Positions 1 to 9,961 of a DNA stretch of 54,968 nt are shown piece after piece. Under the pieces are notes generated by a model. It searched no databases. It saw only the letters and a program-made list of their open reading frames with translations, and was not told the DNA's origin. The position numbers and the translations under genes are program-made. The stretch is from a virus. Taxonomy: Duplodnaviria > Caudoviricetes. The stretch spans positions 1 through 54,968 of IMG/VR virus record IMGVR_UViG_3300026097_000029; one strand, given 5' to 3'. How positions within the stretch are numbered: position 1 is the stretch's first letter; every line of letters starts with the position of its first letter.

Positions 1-135
1 TTAAAACAAGAAAATGAATATTTACAAAAAGAAATTAATAATTTAAGAAACCCTAACAAAAACGAAAAAACAATAGAAGATATAAAGCAAATGAATTTAC
101 TTTCGTTAATAAAATGGAAGTTAACTAAAAGTTAG
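1..135 (+). CDS. 3' end of a hypothetical protein truncated by the window edge
   Basis: Frame 1 is open from base 1 (LKQENEYLQKEINN...KWKLTKS) to TAG at 133-135. Confidence 0.55.
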   Translation, partial: LKQENEYLQKEINNLRNPNKNEKTIEDIKQMNLLSLIKWKLTKS

Positions 136-197
136 TTTATTTGTGTTATACATTGTTGTGCATAGTAGCGGATTATTAACGAAAAAAAATTAATAGA

Positions 198-680
198 ATG
201 AAAGACAAAAAAGTATTAGATGTGTGTTGTGGACCAAAAGGAATGTGGTTCGATAAACACGATGAAAGGGCATTGTATTTAGACAAGCGTAGAGAAACGC
301 ACATTGATACATATCCTTGCGGAACAAAAACAAATATAATTGACCCTGATATTATAGGTGATTTTACGGATATTAAACAACCTGCCAATTCCTTTTGGCA
401 CGTGGTTTTTGACCCACCACATATTAAGCAAAACAATACAAGCCAAATAACAAAGAAGTACGGAAGTTTACAAGGAGATTGGCGTGAGATGTTAAAACAA
501 GGATTTAAAGAATGTTTTAGAGTGCTAAAGCCAAATGGTACACTAATATTTAAATGGAATGATTGTAGGTTTCCTGTAAAAGAAATACTTGCTTTAACAG
601 ACCAAAAACCACTTTACGGACATAAAAGCGGCAAGAAAATGGGAACGCATTGGATATGTTTTATAAAAGACGAAGCGTAG
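198..680 (+). CDS. SAM-dependent (DNA) methyltransferase-like protein
   Basis: VLDVCCG SAM-binding motif, FDPPH catalytic-type motif, ECFRVLKPNGTLIFKW. Confidence 0.8.
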   Translation: MKDKKVLDVCCGPKGMWFDKHDERALYLDKRRETHIDTYPCGTKTNIIDPDIIGDFTDIKQPANSFWHVVFDPPHIKQNNTSQITKKYGSLQGDWREMLKQGFKECFRVLKPNGTLIFKWNDCRFPVKEILALTDQKPLYGHKSGKKMGTHWICFIKDEA

Positions 681-691
681 CTATTATGCAC

Positions 692-758
692 AACATTTCT
701 GCGATATGAAACGTTGCCTAGTGGGACTGAGTAAATGCAATGTTTTATATTGCGTGTT
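692..758 (+). repeat. attC-like hairpin (AAC...GTT)
   Basis: AAC-atttct-GCGATATGAAACGTTGC...GCAATGTTTTATATTGC-gt-GTT; 17-bp stem with 3 G.T pairs. Confidence 0.85.
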
Positions 759-794
759 GGTTGACGATAGTGAACAGTATTAAAAAAATGAATT

Positions 795-1442
795 ATGTAC
801 AGAAGTAAAATAGAACTCCATAACGTTGATTGTTTGCCGTTTATGAAGCAATGCGTGGATAAACAATTTGACCTAGCAATAGTAGACCCACCTTATGGTA
901 TTGCACGCGCAGGACAAACAGAAACCTTTACAAAAAATCCTAAACATAAGCGCAAAGCACACGATCAAAAAAACTGGGATAATGCAATACCTAGCCAAGA
1001 GTATTTTGATGAGCTAGAACGTATAAGTAAGAATCAAATTGTTTGGGGTGCGAATTATTTTGTTGCCCATTTAAAACACGGAACAATGGGTTGGGTTGTT
1101 TGGGATAAAGGACAACACGGATTAAGTATGAGCGATTGTGAATTGGCTTACAGTAGCTTTAATAGAGCAACACGAATACTGACGTTTAATAGATGTCTAA
1201 TAGCTCAAAAAGGTGGAAGTATACACCCAACCCAAAAGCCTGTAGAGTTATATAGGCACTTACTTAATAAATATGCAGAAAAGGGCAACAAAATATTTGA
1301 TTCGCACTTGGGAAGTGGAAGCATTGCCATTGCTTGTGATGACTTAGGTTTTGATTTAGTAGCTACTGAAATTGATAAAGACTACTTTGAAAAGGCAAAC
1401 AAAAGGATAGACCAACATAGAAGGCAACAAACCCTTTTTTAA
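795..1442 (+). CDS. DNA N6-adenine/N4-cytosine methyltransferase (beta class)
   Basis: IVDPPY, HPTQKPVELY and FDSHLGSGS motifs. Confidence 0.9.
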   Translation: MYRSKIELHNVDCLPFMKQCVDKQFDLAIVDPPYGIARAGQTETFTKNPKHKRKAHDQKNWDNAIPSQEYFDELERISKNQIVWGANYFVAHLKHGTMGWVVWDKGQHGLSMSDCELAYSSFNRATRILTFNRCLIAQKGGSIHPTQKPVELYRHLLNKYAEKGNKIFDSHLGSGSIAIACDDLGFDLVATEIDKDYFEKANKRIDQHRRQQTLF

Positions 1443-1500
1443 TATTGCAACCAACACCGAATAACAGAACCTTACAAATTAAATTTAACAAACTTAAGCA

Positions 1501-1806
1501 TTGAAAAAAGATTTAATTAACGACAATCATTCTATAAAATATCACAACGAGTTTTATTTTGAGATGTATAAAAACGATACGCCTAAAATTAAGTCCATGA
1601 AAAAAAAACTTAAGGATAGGCGTTTTGTTATAACAGCTACAGAAAGTACAGACCAACACTTAAAACATTATATGCAAAAAGCTATTAATTGCTTAGATAC
1701 GTTAAAGTGTTTAGATTCTAACATAACTTTTAAACTTAAACGCTCTACCTTGTTAAAGCTTAACCCTGTTATAGATTTAGATAAAAACCCTAATTGGAGA
1801 AATTAA
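1501..1806 (+). CDS. Hypothetical protein
   Basis: 101-aa ORF with TTG start; converges on the virion module. Confidence 0.5.
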   Translation: MKKDLINDNHSIKYHNEFYFEMYKNDTPKIKSMKKKLKDRRFVITATESTDQHLKHYMQKAINCLDTLKCLDSNITFKLKRSTLLKLNPVIDLDKNPNWRN

Positions 1807-1807
1807 A

Positions 1808-4800
1808 TTATCTGTTTAAAAAATCTCTAGCATACTCGTAGTTATAATTAAAATCTCCTGTCTTAAATCCTTGAATTAACTCGTTGTATTTGCTTATAGT
1901 TTGTTTGTTTAAAACTTTAGCTCTCATTAATTGATTTAAGATTTCTTTATTGCTTTTATCTTTAAAATCTCCACCAAATATATTATACAACATAAACGCT
2001 CGTTCATTAGCATTCATGTTTTTAAGCTTGTAAACAACAAAAGGATATTGTTTTTTCTCTAGCTGTTTTTCAAGTTTACTAATCATTTTTTTTGTTTCTT
2101 CCGCATTGTCTCCTGCTTGTAATATTATTTCATCTACAATATCTTTAGGCATAGCATCGTTCTTAGCAAACTCGTCTATTAACTTATTATAGTTAAAATC
2201 TTTTATAGCTTTTTGTTGTGCCATTTTAGCTAACTCTTGCTTTTGGTCTGATGTTAGGTTTACTGAAGATGAATACTTGCTAGTTTTTGAAAAAACTCTA
2301 CCTGTAAACATTTTTTTAATATTATCTGCCATTTCTTTCTTTTCTCTACCTTCTTCTCCGCCCATTAACGCATCAGCAGTTCCGTAAGTTAAAGATATAT
2401 AAGGATTGCTTCTAGGAGATGTTACTATAGCTTCTACCGCTGCTTTAATTCTAGCGGGAGATTCTGTTGTCTGCCAACCTATCTCTTTGTAAAAACCTTC
2501 TACATAATCGCTTTCAAAACCCTCAGCTTCTTTAGGAACATACCCTTGCATATAAGACAAAGGCTGGTCTCTATAAAAGTCATAACCTAAAGAGTAAGAC
2601 ATAATAGAGTTTATGGCTGGTACTCTAGTTAAATTACCTGTTAGTGTTAAATCAAAAGGCAATACATTTGTCTCCATTGTAAACTTTAATTCTTCTAGAG
2701 TCTTGTCTTGGTATCCTTCTATCTCATACATTTCAGCCATTTTGTTAGCTATTATATTTTCAGTCAACGAAAGTAATGGTGTTATCTCGTGTGATTTTGC
2801 TAATCTAAACGACTCAAACTCTCCTTCTTTACTTATATTGTAATAAAAGTGCATATAGTTAGAGTTTTGATACTTACTTTGCTTTTGTCTAGCTTTTAAG
2901 TATCGCTCAACACCCGTTAATCCTTTATACTCTTCAGGTAAATCATCATCATCTAAAGCACCTAGTAAAAACACATTCAAACCTATACGAAGACCAGAGA
3001 AAATAGCCGCTGCTTGAATTAATCTAAATGATGTAGCTAAAGGTCTTTCTTTTGCTTGCTCTGCTGCTACTCTAATACTTTGTGTTCCTGCGTTTAGATA
3101 GGATACTGCTGCGTCAATGTCTTTTAATATATAGCCACTTTGGTTAAAGTCTGGTGCAGATTTAGCTCTAGCTTCTGCAACCGCTTTTGTAAACATAGAC
3201 TCTCTTAGACCTTTGTCTAATTTCTCTAAATCTTTTATTTCATTTATATCCTTATATTTCTTAGGATTTTCTTTTTTTAGTTTTTTAATTTCGTTGTTTA
3301 ATGTTCTTGTAAACACTCCTAATCTAAAACCTATCTCGCCATATTCTTGCAAATCTCCAATAAAATCAAATATCTTATTTTTAAACACAAAGTCTTTAGC
3401 TCTCTTGGAGTCTGCTAATCCAAATGTAGCAAATTTAAAGAAGTTATCTAATACTTTTTTGTTTAATGATTCTACGAAGGTGTTTCGCTTTACACGACCT
3501 TGTGTATGTAGAAAGTTCATCATCAAACCGTATTCTACTGCGTTTTTGTAGATGTAAGATTGTTCAGTTCCTTTTCTTATTTCTTTAATACCACCAACTA
3601 AATCTTTAGCTATTTGACCCAAAGACTTTAGTAAAAAATTACTGTATTGACTACTAAAAACAGATATAAAAGAAAAATCTCTTGGAGTGTTAGTTATAAA
3701 AAAGGTAGGGTTATTACCTGTAGCAAAACTTTGTAATATAGCTTTGCCAGATATTAAGGCAATAGCTTCTCTCATATTTGGTGTAGATATTATCCCGTTT
3801 AATTGACCTGCATAACTATCATAAAAATCAGGATTCATACTAAAAGACTTTCTTACACCATCTTCATAATAGTACACTTTTCTAAATCCATCAGGAACTT
3901 GTTTTTCTATACTGACTTGCTCAAACAATTTATCTAAAGCTTCTAATTCTCTTAACTCTCTTCTAGTTATAGATTCGCTTCCTTTTTTTTCTTGTAAAGA
4001 TTTTTGTCTTTCTTTAGCATCTAGTAAAGATGTAAAGGTTGCTCTATTTACTCTGTTAGCAGATATAGATTTACTTCGTGCATTAATATACATACTAATA
4101 AGAAGCATACTATCTGTAATTAAAGATTCACTACTACCTTGATTTATAGTTTTTATAGGAGATTCAGCCAACCCGCTATTGTCTGATGCTTTACTATAGT
4201 CAAACTCTCCATCTAGGTTTTCTATATGCTGTAAGAATTTACGTTGTACGTAGTCGTATCCTTTAAAAGAATCGTACATATCTTTATCTATAAAGCCTTC
4301 TTCGTACATTTCTTTTAGCATGTCTTGATAGTAAGAGAAAAACTCTTCTGCTCTGTCGTTTAGTTTGTTAAACTTCTTGTCTCCTAATTCTTTTTTAAGA
4401 TTATCTAACGCAGCTCTAGCATCATCTTTTGTCAAGTTACCAGGATTAATAACGTCTGATTTTCCTTGGGTTTTTCTTTGGGATTCTAAAGAGATTAATC
4501 TTTTAGCTTGTATTATCCAGTCCAATATTTCAACCTCATCATTATTTAGCTTGTAATAAATTTTTCTATAAATGTTTTTGAATATCTCTGCTGCACGACC
4601 TGAAGAGCCATTGTCTGCAATCATGTAATCAACTAAAGATGTATTTTTTACCTTTAGTTTTGCTTTTTTAAATACTGTTTTAGCAAATGAAGTTCTATCT
4701 AGGAATTTTTCTTTAAATCCTTTAACTATGTTTTTCAAAGTAAATCTAGAGCTAGAAAGTTTTTCTCTATCTTTTTTTGCTTTATTCATAACGTTTTGAA

Positions 4801-7594
4801 ACTTACTATAACGGCTAGCTTCATTCTGAGGCTCTGCTCTAACAAGAACATCTTGTGCTATCTCTCTATCTTTACCTTCAAACATAGACAATATTTCTTC
4901 ATCAGACTTGTCGTTGTCTAATTCTTCTGCTACTTTAGCTTCTATATCTTCTCTTAGTTTTTGGTTTTCAGCAGCGTCTCTTAGCTTTTTAGGCGTTCCA
5001 TCAAGTAAAGCATTAGCTTCTTTTACCTTGTCTTTATCTGTTCCGTCTTCTACGTCTCTCAAGGCTTGAACAACAGCCTTTCTTTTTTCAGACAATTCTT
5101 TTGTTTGAGCAGTAACTTGTGGCTTTCCTTCAGTTGTTTTTTCTTTTACTCTTTTTACTTCTGCATCATATTTCTCATTAATCTCATTGATAGTTTCTAT
5201 ACTCACAACTACGCCATCAACCATAGGCATGTTTCCTGTTTCGTTGGACTCAATAATAGCTAGCTCTACAGCTTCTATTTCTTTACTTCTATCTTCTTCT
5301 ATTTTTTTTAATTCTGTATCTGTTTCCGTAGATTGTTCTGTTTCATTTACTTCAATTTTACTTAAAATATTTTCTTTTTCTTCAAGTATTTTTTTACTTT
5401 TATTTCTATATCCAGCAAGCAAAGTTTCTTTGTCTTCCTTACTTATCTTAGAGTCTGCCTTAACTTTTTCAGCCTTCTGTTTTAATTGATTTACTTGATA
5501 ATAAATCTCTCCTATTCTTTTTCTGTTAGACTTAGAAAGAAACCTCATTTTACTCAAGTTTTCTTGCATATACTCTTGGCTTTCTTCTAATGTTTTTCCT
5601 AGTTCTTTTTGAGCCTGAGCTACATCTTCTTTAGGTATGTCAGGATTGTTTATTATCTTAAATAGTTTTTCTGTTTTCTTTTGAAATTTATTTATTTCTA
5701 TTTTTTGTTTTGCAGAAGAATACATGTTAGCAGTAATACCTACTACATGTGGAGAAACTCTTGTTAACCCACCAAATAAAGCTGATGAAAAAACAACATC
5801 AGAAGCGGATTCGTTAAATCGTTCAAAAGCAGCATCATCATCTAGCATAAAATAATTATTACCTGCATCTAAAAACTCCACAGACAACTCTTCAATAACT
5901 TCATTTCTAGCACCTTCTCCTATGTCGCTAAGTATTTTTCTATATCCGTTTTTCCTTTCTGCTCTTCCTATAGATTTGAATGCGTCTTTAGCTTTCCTTA
6001 TGTTTTTAATTGTACCAAATGAAGACAAAACACCTTCTGTTAATCCTGCGAAAACAACAGAAGTAGCTTTCTCCATAGGCGAAATTTGTTTAAACTTCAT
6101 ATTATCTATTTGTCCTGCCTTAGCTCCTGCTGCGTTCACAGCAAACAAAAAAGGTGCTGCATAGCTAGTAGCACCCATCATTAAATAAGGAGATTGCTCT
6201 ACAACGGTGTTACCTGAATATTTAAGCAAGTCCGTAACAGAATACACGTCTTTTATTGAGAATGGCTTTTCCATAAACTCAGAAGAGCGTGCAACTGTCT
6301 TTTTTAATGCTTCAGATTCTTCTTTTAATTTTCTGTAATTTTCTTCGTTATTAAGAAGTTCTTGCGTATAAGCCGCTGCATCGTAAAAATTAGAAGATAT
6401 ACTAAACCAAGCATTAGCCCACTTGTCTCCAACGTTTTCTAAAAAACCATAACTCCTTTTTAGATAATCTACTTGTTCGCTAAACTCTGCGTGGTTGTCT
6501 ACGTTTTTTAAGTTTTCTTCCCTTATGGTTTCAAACTCTTTTAGGTTGTCGTTAAATTGCGTTACTTTTGACGTGTAAGATTGGTTAAGCTCTTGTATTT
6601 TATTATTTACATCATCAAATTGAACTTGAAGTTGTTGTCGTGTTTCTTTGTCTACACCTTTATTTACTTGGTCTATTATTTGTTTTCTTCTATCCGCAAG
6701 CAGATTTATATCGCTTTCTATAGTTTTTATTTCTTTGTTTGTTTCTTTTAGTGATTTCTCGTAAGTTTCTTTTAAAAACAACCCATTTGTAAGGTCTGAA
6801 TTTAGAGAAATCATTTTATTTTTAGCGTAGCCTAACGCTTTCTCTTTCTTTTCTTCTGGTAAGTTTGACAAATAGTTTCTAACTCTAGCGTCTCTCTCTT
6901 TCGTAACTAACTCTACTAGCTTTATTTCTTTAGCTCTTTCTAATACTTTGTTTTGATGCTCATTACCAGACACATCTAAACCTTCTTTAGATAGCTGTTG
7001 TTTTGCTTGCTCTATTTCGTTAGATAAGTCTCCACGTATGTTTTCGTTGTTGTTGGTTATAAAAGCTTCTCCACTCATATAACCAGTTATTTTACCTAAC
7101 ATATTAGTAGCTTTAGCCATGAACCCTTGACTAACTTCGTAGCTTTCGTTTATTTCTGCTTCAAGCTCGCTTATACGCTCATCACTTAAGTTTGTTTGAT
7201 TTATAGATTGTATTATATCAGTTAGTTCACTATCATCGTATTCATCTCCTAAATCTAGCTGTATTGTTCCTATTTTAGAATCTGATGAATCCGAAATACC
7301 ATCTGTATCTTGGACTTCCGAATCCAATTCTTGACTTGTTGAAGTAAAAACAGATTCTTCTTTTTTTTTTGAAGTTTCGTTTACAGTAGAGACTTTAGGT
7401 TGCCCTACTGATTCTTCTTGAATTAAACCCGTATCTTTTTTAAACGCATCATAGTACTTTTCTTCTAAGCCTATACTCTTGAATACTTTTTGATTATATT
7501 CTTGGTTGCTAGACATATCTTTCTTAAAAGACTCATAGTATTTTTGCTCTAATCCTGTTTGTGCAAATACTTTCTGTAAATATTCTTCGTTCAT
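1808..7594 (-). CDS. Large internal virion (ejection) protein
   Basis: 1928 aa, coiled-coil rich, last gene of the virion operon; C-terminal part resembles large polyvalent/ejection proteins. Confidence 0.65.
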   Translation of the reverse strand: MNEEYLQKVFAQTGLEQKYYESFKKDMSSNQEYNQKVFKSIGLEEKYYDAFKKDTGLIQEESVGQPKVSTVNETSKKKEESVFTSTSQELDSEVQDTDGISDSSDSKIGTIQLDLGDEYDDSELTDIIQSINQTNLSDERISELEAEINESYEVSQGFMAKATNMLGKITGYMSGEAFITNNNENIRGDLSNEIEQAKQQLSKEGLDVSGNEHQNKVLERAKEIKLVELVTKERDARVRNYLSNLPEEKKEKALGYAKNKMISLNSDLTNGLFLKETYEKSLKETNKEIKTIESDINLLADRRKQIIDQVNKGVDKETRQQLQVQFDDVNNKIQELNQSYTSKVTQFNDNLKEFETIREENLKNVDNHAEFSEQVDYLKRSYGFLENVGDKWANAWFSISSNFYDAAAYTQELLNNEENYRKLKEESEALKKTVARSSEFMEKPFSIKDVYSVTDLLKYSGNTVVEQSPYLMMGATSYAAPFLFAVNAAGAKAGQIDNMKFKQISPMEKATSVVFAGLTEGVLSSFGTIKNIRKAKDAFKSIGRAERKNGYRKILSDIGEGARNEVIEELSVEFLDAGNNYFMLDDDAAFERFNESASDVVFSSALFGGLTRVSPHVVGITANMYSSAKQKIEINKFQKKTEKLFKIINNPDIPKEDVAQAQKELGKTLEESQEYMQENLSKMRFLSKSNRKRIGEIYYQVNQLKQKAEKVKADSKISKEDKETLLAGYRNKSKKILEEKENILSKIEVNETEQSTETDTELKKIEEDRSKEIEAVELAIIESNETGNMPMVDGVVVSIETINEINEKYDAEVKRVKEKTTEGKPQVTAQTKELSEKRKAVVQALRDVEDGTDKDKVKEANALLDGTPKKLRDAAENQKLREDIEAKVAEELDNDKSDEEILSMFEGKDREIAQDVLVRAEPQNEASRYSKFQNVMNKAKKDREKLSSSRFTLKNIVKGFKEKFLDRTSFAKTVFKKAKLKVKNTSLVDYMIADNGSSGRAAEIFKNIYRKIYYKLNNDEVEILDWIIQAKRLISLESQRKTQGKSDVINPGNLTKDDARAALDNLKKELGDKKFNKLNDRAEEFFSYYQDMLKEMYEEGFIDKDMYDSFKGYDYVQRKFLQHIENLDGEFDYSKASDNSGLAESPIKTINQGSSESLITDSMLLISMYINARSKSISANRVNRATFTSLLDAKERQKSLQEKKGSESITRRELRELEALDKLFEQVSIEKQVPDGFRKVYYYEDGVRKSFSMNPDFYDSYAGQLNGIISTPNMREAIALISGKAILQSFATGNNPTFFITNTPRDFSFISVFSSQYSNFLLKSLGQIAKDLVGGIKEIRKGTEQSYIYKNAVEYGLMMNFLHTQGRVKRNTFVESLNKKVLDNFFKFATFGLADSKRAKDFVFKNKIFDFIGDLQEYGEIGFRLGVFTRTLNNEIKKLKKENPKKYKDINEIKDLEKLDKGLRESMFTKAVAEARAKSAPDFNQSGYILKDIDAAVSYLNAGTQSIRVAAEQAKERPLATSFRLIQAAAIFSGLRIGLNVFLLGALDDDDLPEEYKGLTGVERYLKARQKQSKYQNSNYMHFYYNISKEGEFESFRLAKSHEITPLLSLTENIIANKMAEMYEIEGYQDKTLEELKFTMETNVLPFDLTLTGNLTRVPAINSIMSYSLGYDFYRDQPLSYMQGYVPKEAEGFESDYVEGFYKEIGWQTTESPARIKAAVEAIVTSPRSNPYISLTYGTADALMGGEEGREKKEMADNIKKMFTGRVFSKTSKYSSSVNLTSDQKQELAKMAQQKAIKDFNYNKLIDEFAKNDAMPKDIVDEIILQAGDNAEETKKMISKLEKQLEKKQYPFVVYKLKNMNANERAFMLYNIFGGDFKDKSNKEILNQLMRAKVLNKQTISKYNELIQGFKTGDFNYNYEYARDFLNR

Positions 7595-7597
7595 ATT

Positions 7598-9088
7598 CTA
7601 GTCTTGTCCTGCGCTTGGCGGTGTTAATGAATTGTTGTTTGTTATTTTAGTTGCTCTAGATTGTCTTTGCTTCATTCTTTCTATTTCTTGTTGAGCTTCT
7701 CTGTTAGATAGTCCTGCCGATACTAACGCTCTTGCTGCTTCTGTAGTATTGTCTATAACTAAAGACGTTCTTTTTGTTGTTGCAGGTATTTTTTTACGAG
7801 CATCTCCCATAGTTAAACTATCTCCAGAAGTATCTAACATTACTAAGTTATCAGCACTACCTAAATCTTCCATAGTTGCACCCCTTACAACCATTTTACC
7901 ATCATCATCAATAAACCAAGACTCTAATGCAAAATCATTTAACGTGTCAACTCTTTGTCCGCTAGGCTTAACAACTTTATCGTCTTCTTTAACTTCAGGA
8001 AATATAGACTCTCCCGTAATATTAGATAAAACCTTAACCCCTTCTAGTGGCACTCTTTCTTCTGTGTTATTAGGGTCAGTAACTGTGAATAACCCTTTAG
8101 TTTCTTGGTATTGATTTTCTAAGTCAGGATTTCCTGTTACCATAAACGCAGGCTCTTCTGTTTTTCCGCTTTGTTGTTGAGATAATCTTAAGTTTGTTCT
8201 GTCTAGTGTTTCTTCGTAAGAGCTTTCAACCCTATTTGTAACACCTATTAACATTTTGTCATATAAGTCTTTCTCTAATTGAGCTACTTCTTCTTCACTC
8301 AAAGAAAGTACATCTTGCTTTCCGTAAACTTCGTAAACTAAATCGTTATGGAATTGTGGATTATTAGCTAAAGATTTTGCTGCACTTTCTATTTCGATTT
8401 TATGAGAATCACTAAGACCTTCTGTTTTTATATCTATAAAGCCCTTTGAAGTATTTTCTACTCGCTTTTTAAATTCATTTCCTAAATCATCTACAATTCC
8501 ATTTAAGTTAGAGTTTCTAGGTGGGTTTTCTAGCATTTGTCTAAATTGCCTAAGAGTCATTTTCTCTCCATTAACAGCAATAACCATACTGCCATCTCCT
8601 GCTACTTCAACATCATCTACTTTACCAGCAAAAACATTACCTATAATTAGATTTGACCTATCCGACAATCCACCTGAAACTTGCTTGTTTTCTACATAAC
8701 CTAAGTATATTTCAGCAGATTTTTGTATATTAGATACATCGTCTTGGAATTGAGATAACTGTCTGTTGTAAGAAGCAGATATACCACGCAAATCTCTTAC
8801 AGTTAAGTCTCCATTCTCCATTTGTTTATGGTACTCAAAAAGCTTATCTTTCATTTTACCTACACCTTCATAGAGTAATGTGTCTGAGTTATACTCTCCT
8901 GTTGGGTCGTAGCTAGGCTCTTCCATAGATGAGAATATGCTAGACTTAGCTTCTTCTACTTTGCTATCCATAGCTAGCTTTTGGTTAGCTATCCTAGATT
9001 GTTCTTTTTGTGCATCACGCATCATACCAGCGGTATCGAAACCTGCTTCTTGAGTTGTTGCGAATGAGCCTTTTATACCTACTGCCAT
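7598..9088 (-). CDS. Putative internal virion protein
   Basis: 496 aa helical protein between tail genes and the large ejection protein. Confidence 0.55.
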   Translation of the reverse strand: MAVGIKGSFATTQEAGFDTAGMMRDAQKEQSRIANQKLAMDSKVEEAKSSIFSSMEEPSYDPTGEYNSDTLLYEGVGKMKDKLFEYHKQMENGDLTVRDLRGISASYNRQLSQFQDDVSNIQKSAEIYLGYVENKQVSGGLSDRSNLIIGNVFAGKVDDVEVAGDGSMVIAVNGEKMTLRQFRQMLENPPRNSNLNGIVDDLGNEFKKRVENTSKGFIDIKTEGLSDSHKIEIESAAKSLANNPQFHNDLVYEVYGKQDVLSLSEEEVAQLEKDLYDKMLIGVTNRVESSYEETLDRTNLRLSQQQSGKTEEPAFMVTGNPDLENQYQETKGLFTVTDPNNTEERVPLEGVKVLSNITGESIFPEVKEDDKVVKPSGQRVDTLNDFALESWFIDDDGKMVVRGATMEDLGSADNLVMLDTSGDSLTMGDARKKIPATTKRTSLVIDNTTEAARALVSAGLSNREAQQEIERMKQRQSRATKITNNNSLTPPSAGQD

Positions 9089-9117
9089 TTATCTTTGTGT
9101 ATTCTTTTTGTTATTAC

Positions 9118-9924
9118 TTATTCAACAAACGTCTCTCCTGTAAGTGAGCCTGCCATTACTGTAGCTCTCGGTGCATTTCCAGTATTTGAGAATGATTGAG
9201 ATGCGTTATAATTAGGTATTAAACTTGCCAACATATTATCTATAGGTCGATTAGGAGTTAAATAACTAGGCATTAAGTTGCCTTGCATTGGTTGAGATGG
9301 TTGCATCATTGGAGCCTGATTACCCTGTAAAAGAATAGAAGATTGCATAGGCTGTACGGTTTGTCTTTGCCCAGACTTTCCGTACATTTTTTGCATATAG
9401 TCATCCATATTCTTTTGCTCTTGTATCATCTGTAACCCACTAATTCCTGTCTGTGCTACACCACCTATACCTTGCCACATTTGTTGGTTTCCTGCATTGT
9501 ATTGAGAAGATAAAGCATTAATGTCTTGTTGCTCTCTTCTCTCCATCATGCCTTGAATACGCTGAGAGTCTTGTGCTCTAATTTGGTCTATACGTGCTTG
9601 TTGTTGCTCTAAGTCTGCACCTATTTGCCTATTTATTCTCATATTATTTTGTTGTACGTTTCCTAGCCCACCTATTAAGCTTCTAGAGTCTGCACGTTGT
9701 AACGCATCTACTCCTGATGCAGCAAGACGAGATGCTTCTTCTCTTTGCAACTCTGCTCCTTTGGTATATACTGATAACTCATCTGCTACATTTGTTAGCC
9801 TTTGTCTTTGGTAGTTTTCTAAAGCTTCCCTAGCTTCTCTTTTCTGTTTAGCACCTGATATAGCTTGTGATATTCCTGTTACAGCTCCTATACCTATTTG
9901 CCCCGCTATTAATCCTAATCCCAT
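9118..9924 (-). CDS. Putative internal virion/pilot protein
   Basis: Gly/Ala-rich hydrophobic N-terminus and Gln-rich coiled coil, typical of podovirus ejection proteins. Confidence 0.6.
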   Translation of the reverse strand: MGLGLIAGQIGIGAVTGISQAISGAKQKREAREALENYQRQRLTNVADELSVYTKGAELQREEASRLAASGVDALQRADSRSLIGGLGNVQQNNMRINRQIGADLEQQQARIDQIRAQDSQRIQGMMERREQQDINALSSQYNAGNQQMWQGIGGVAQTGISGLQMIQEQKNMDDYMQKMYGKSGQRQTVQPMQSSILLQGNQAPMMQPSQPMQGNLMPSYLTPNRPIDNMLASLIPNYNASQSFSNTGNAPRATVMAGSLTGETFVE

Positions 9925-9961
9925 TGTAAATACATTTAATACAAAAATACAAATTTACTTT

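Larger units (their letters stand above)
144..1466 (+). mobile_element. Cassette array 1: two methyltransferase cassettes separated by an attC-like hairpin
   Basis: GTTGTGCATAGTAGC (155-169) pairs with GCTATTATGCACAAC (680-694); hairpin arms 701-717/737-753; GTTGGTTG (756-763) pairs with CAACCAAC (1448-1455); outer TGTTAT (144-149) / ATAACA (1461-1466). Confidence 0.8.
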
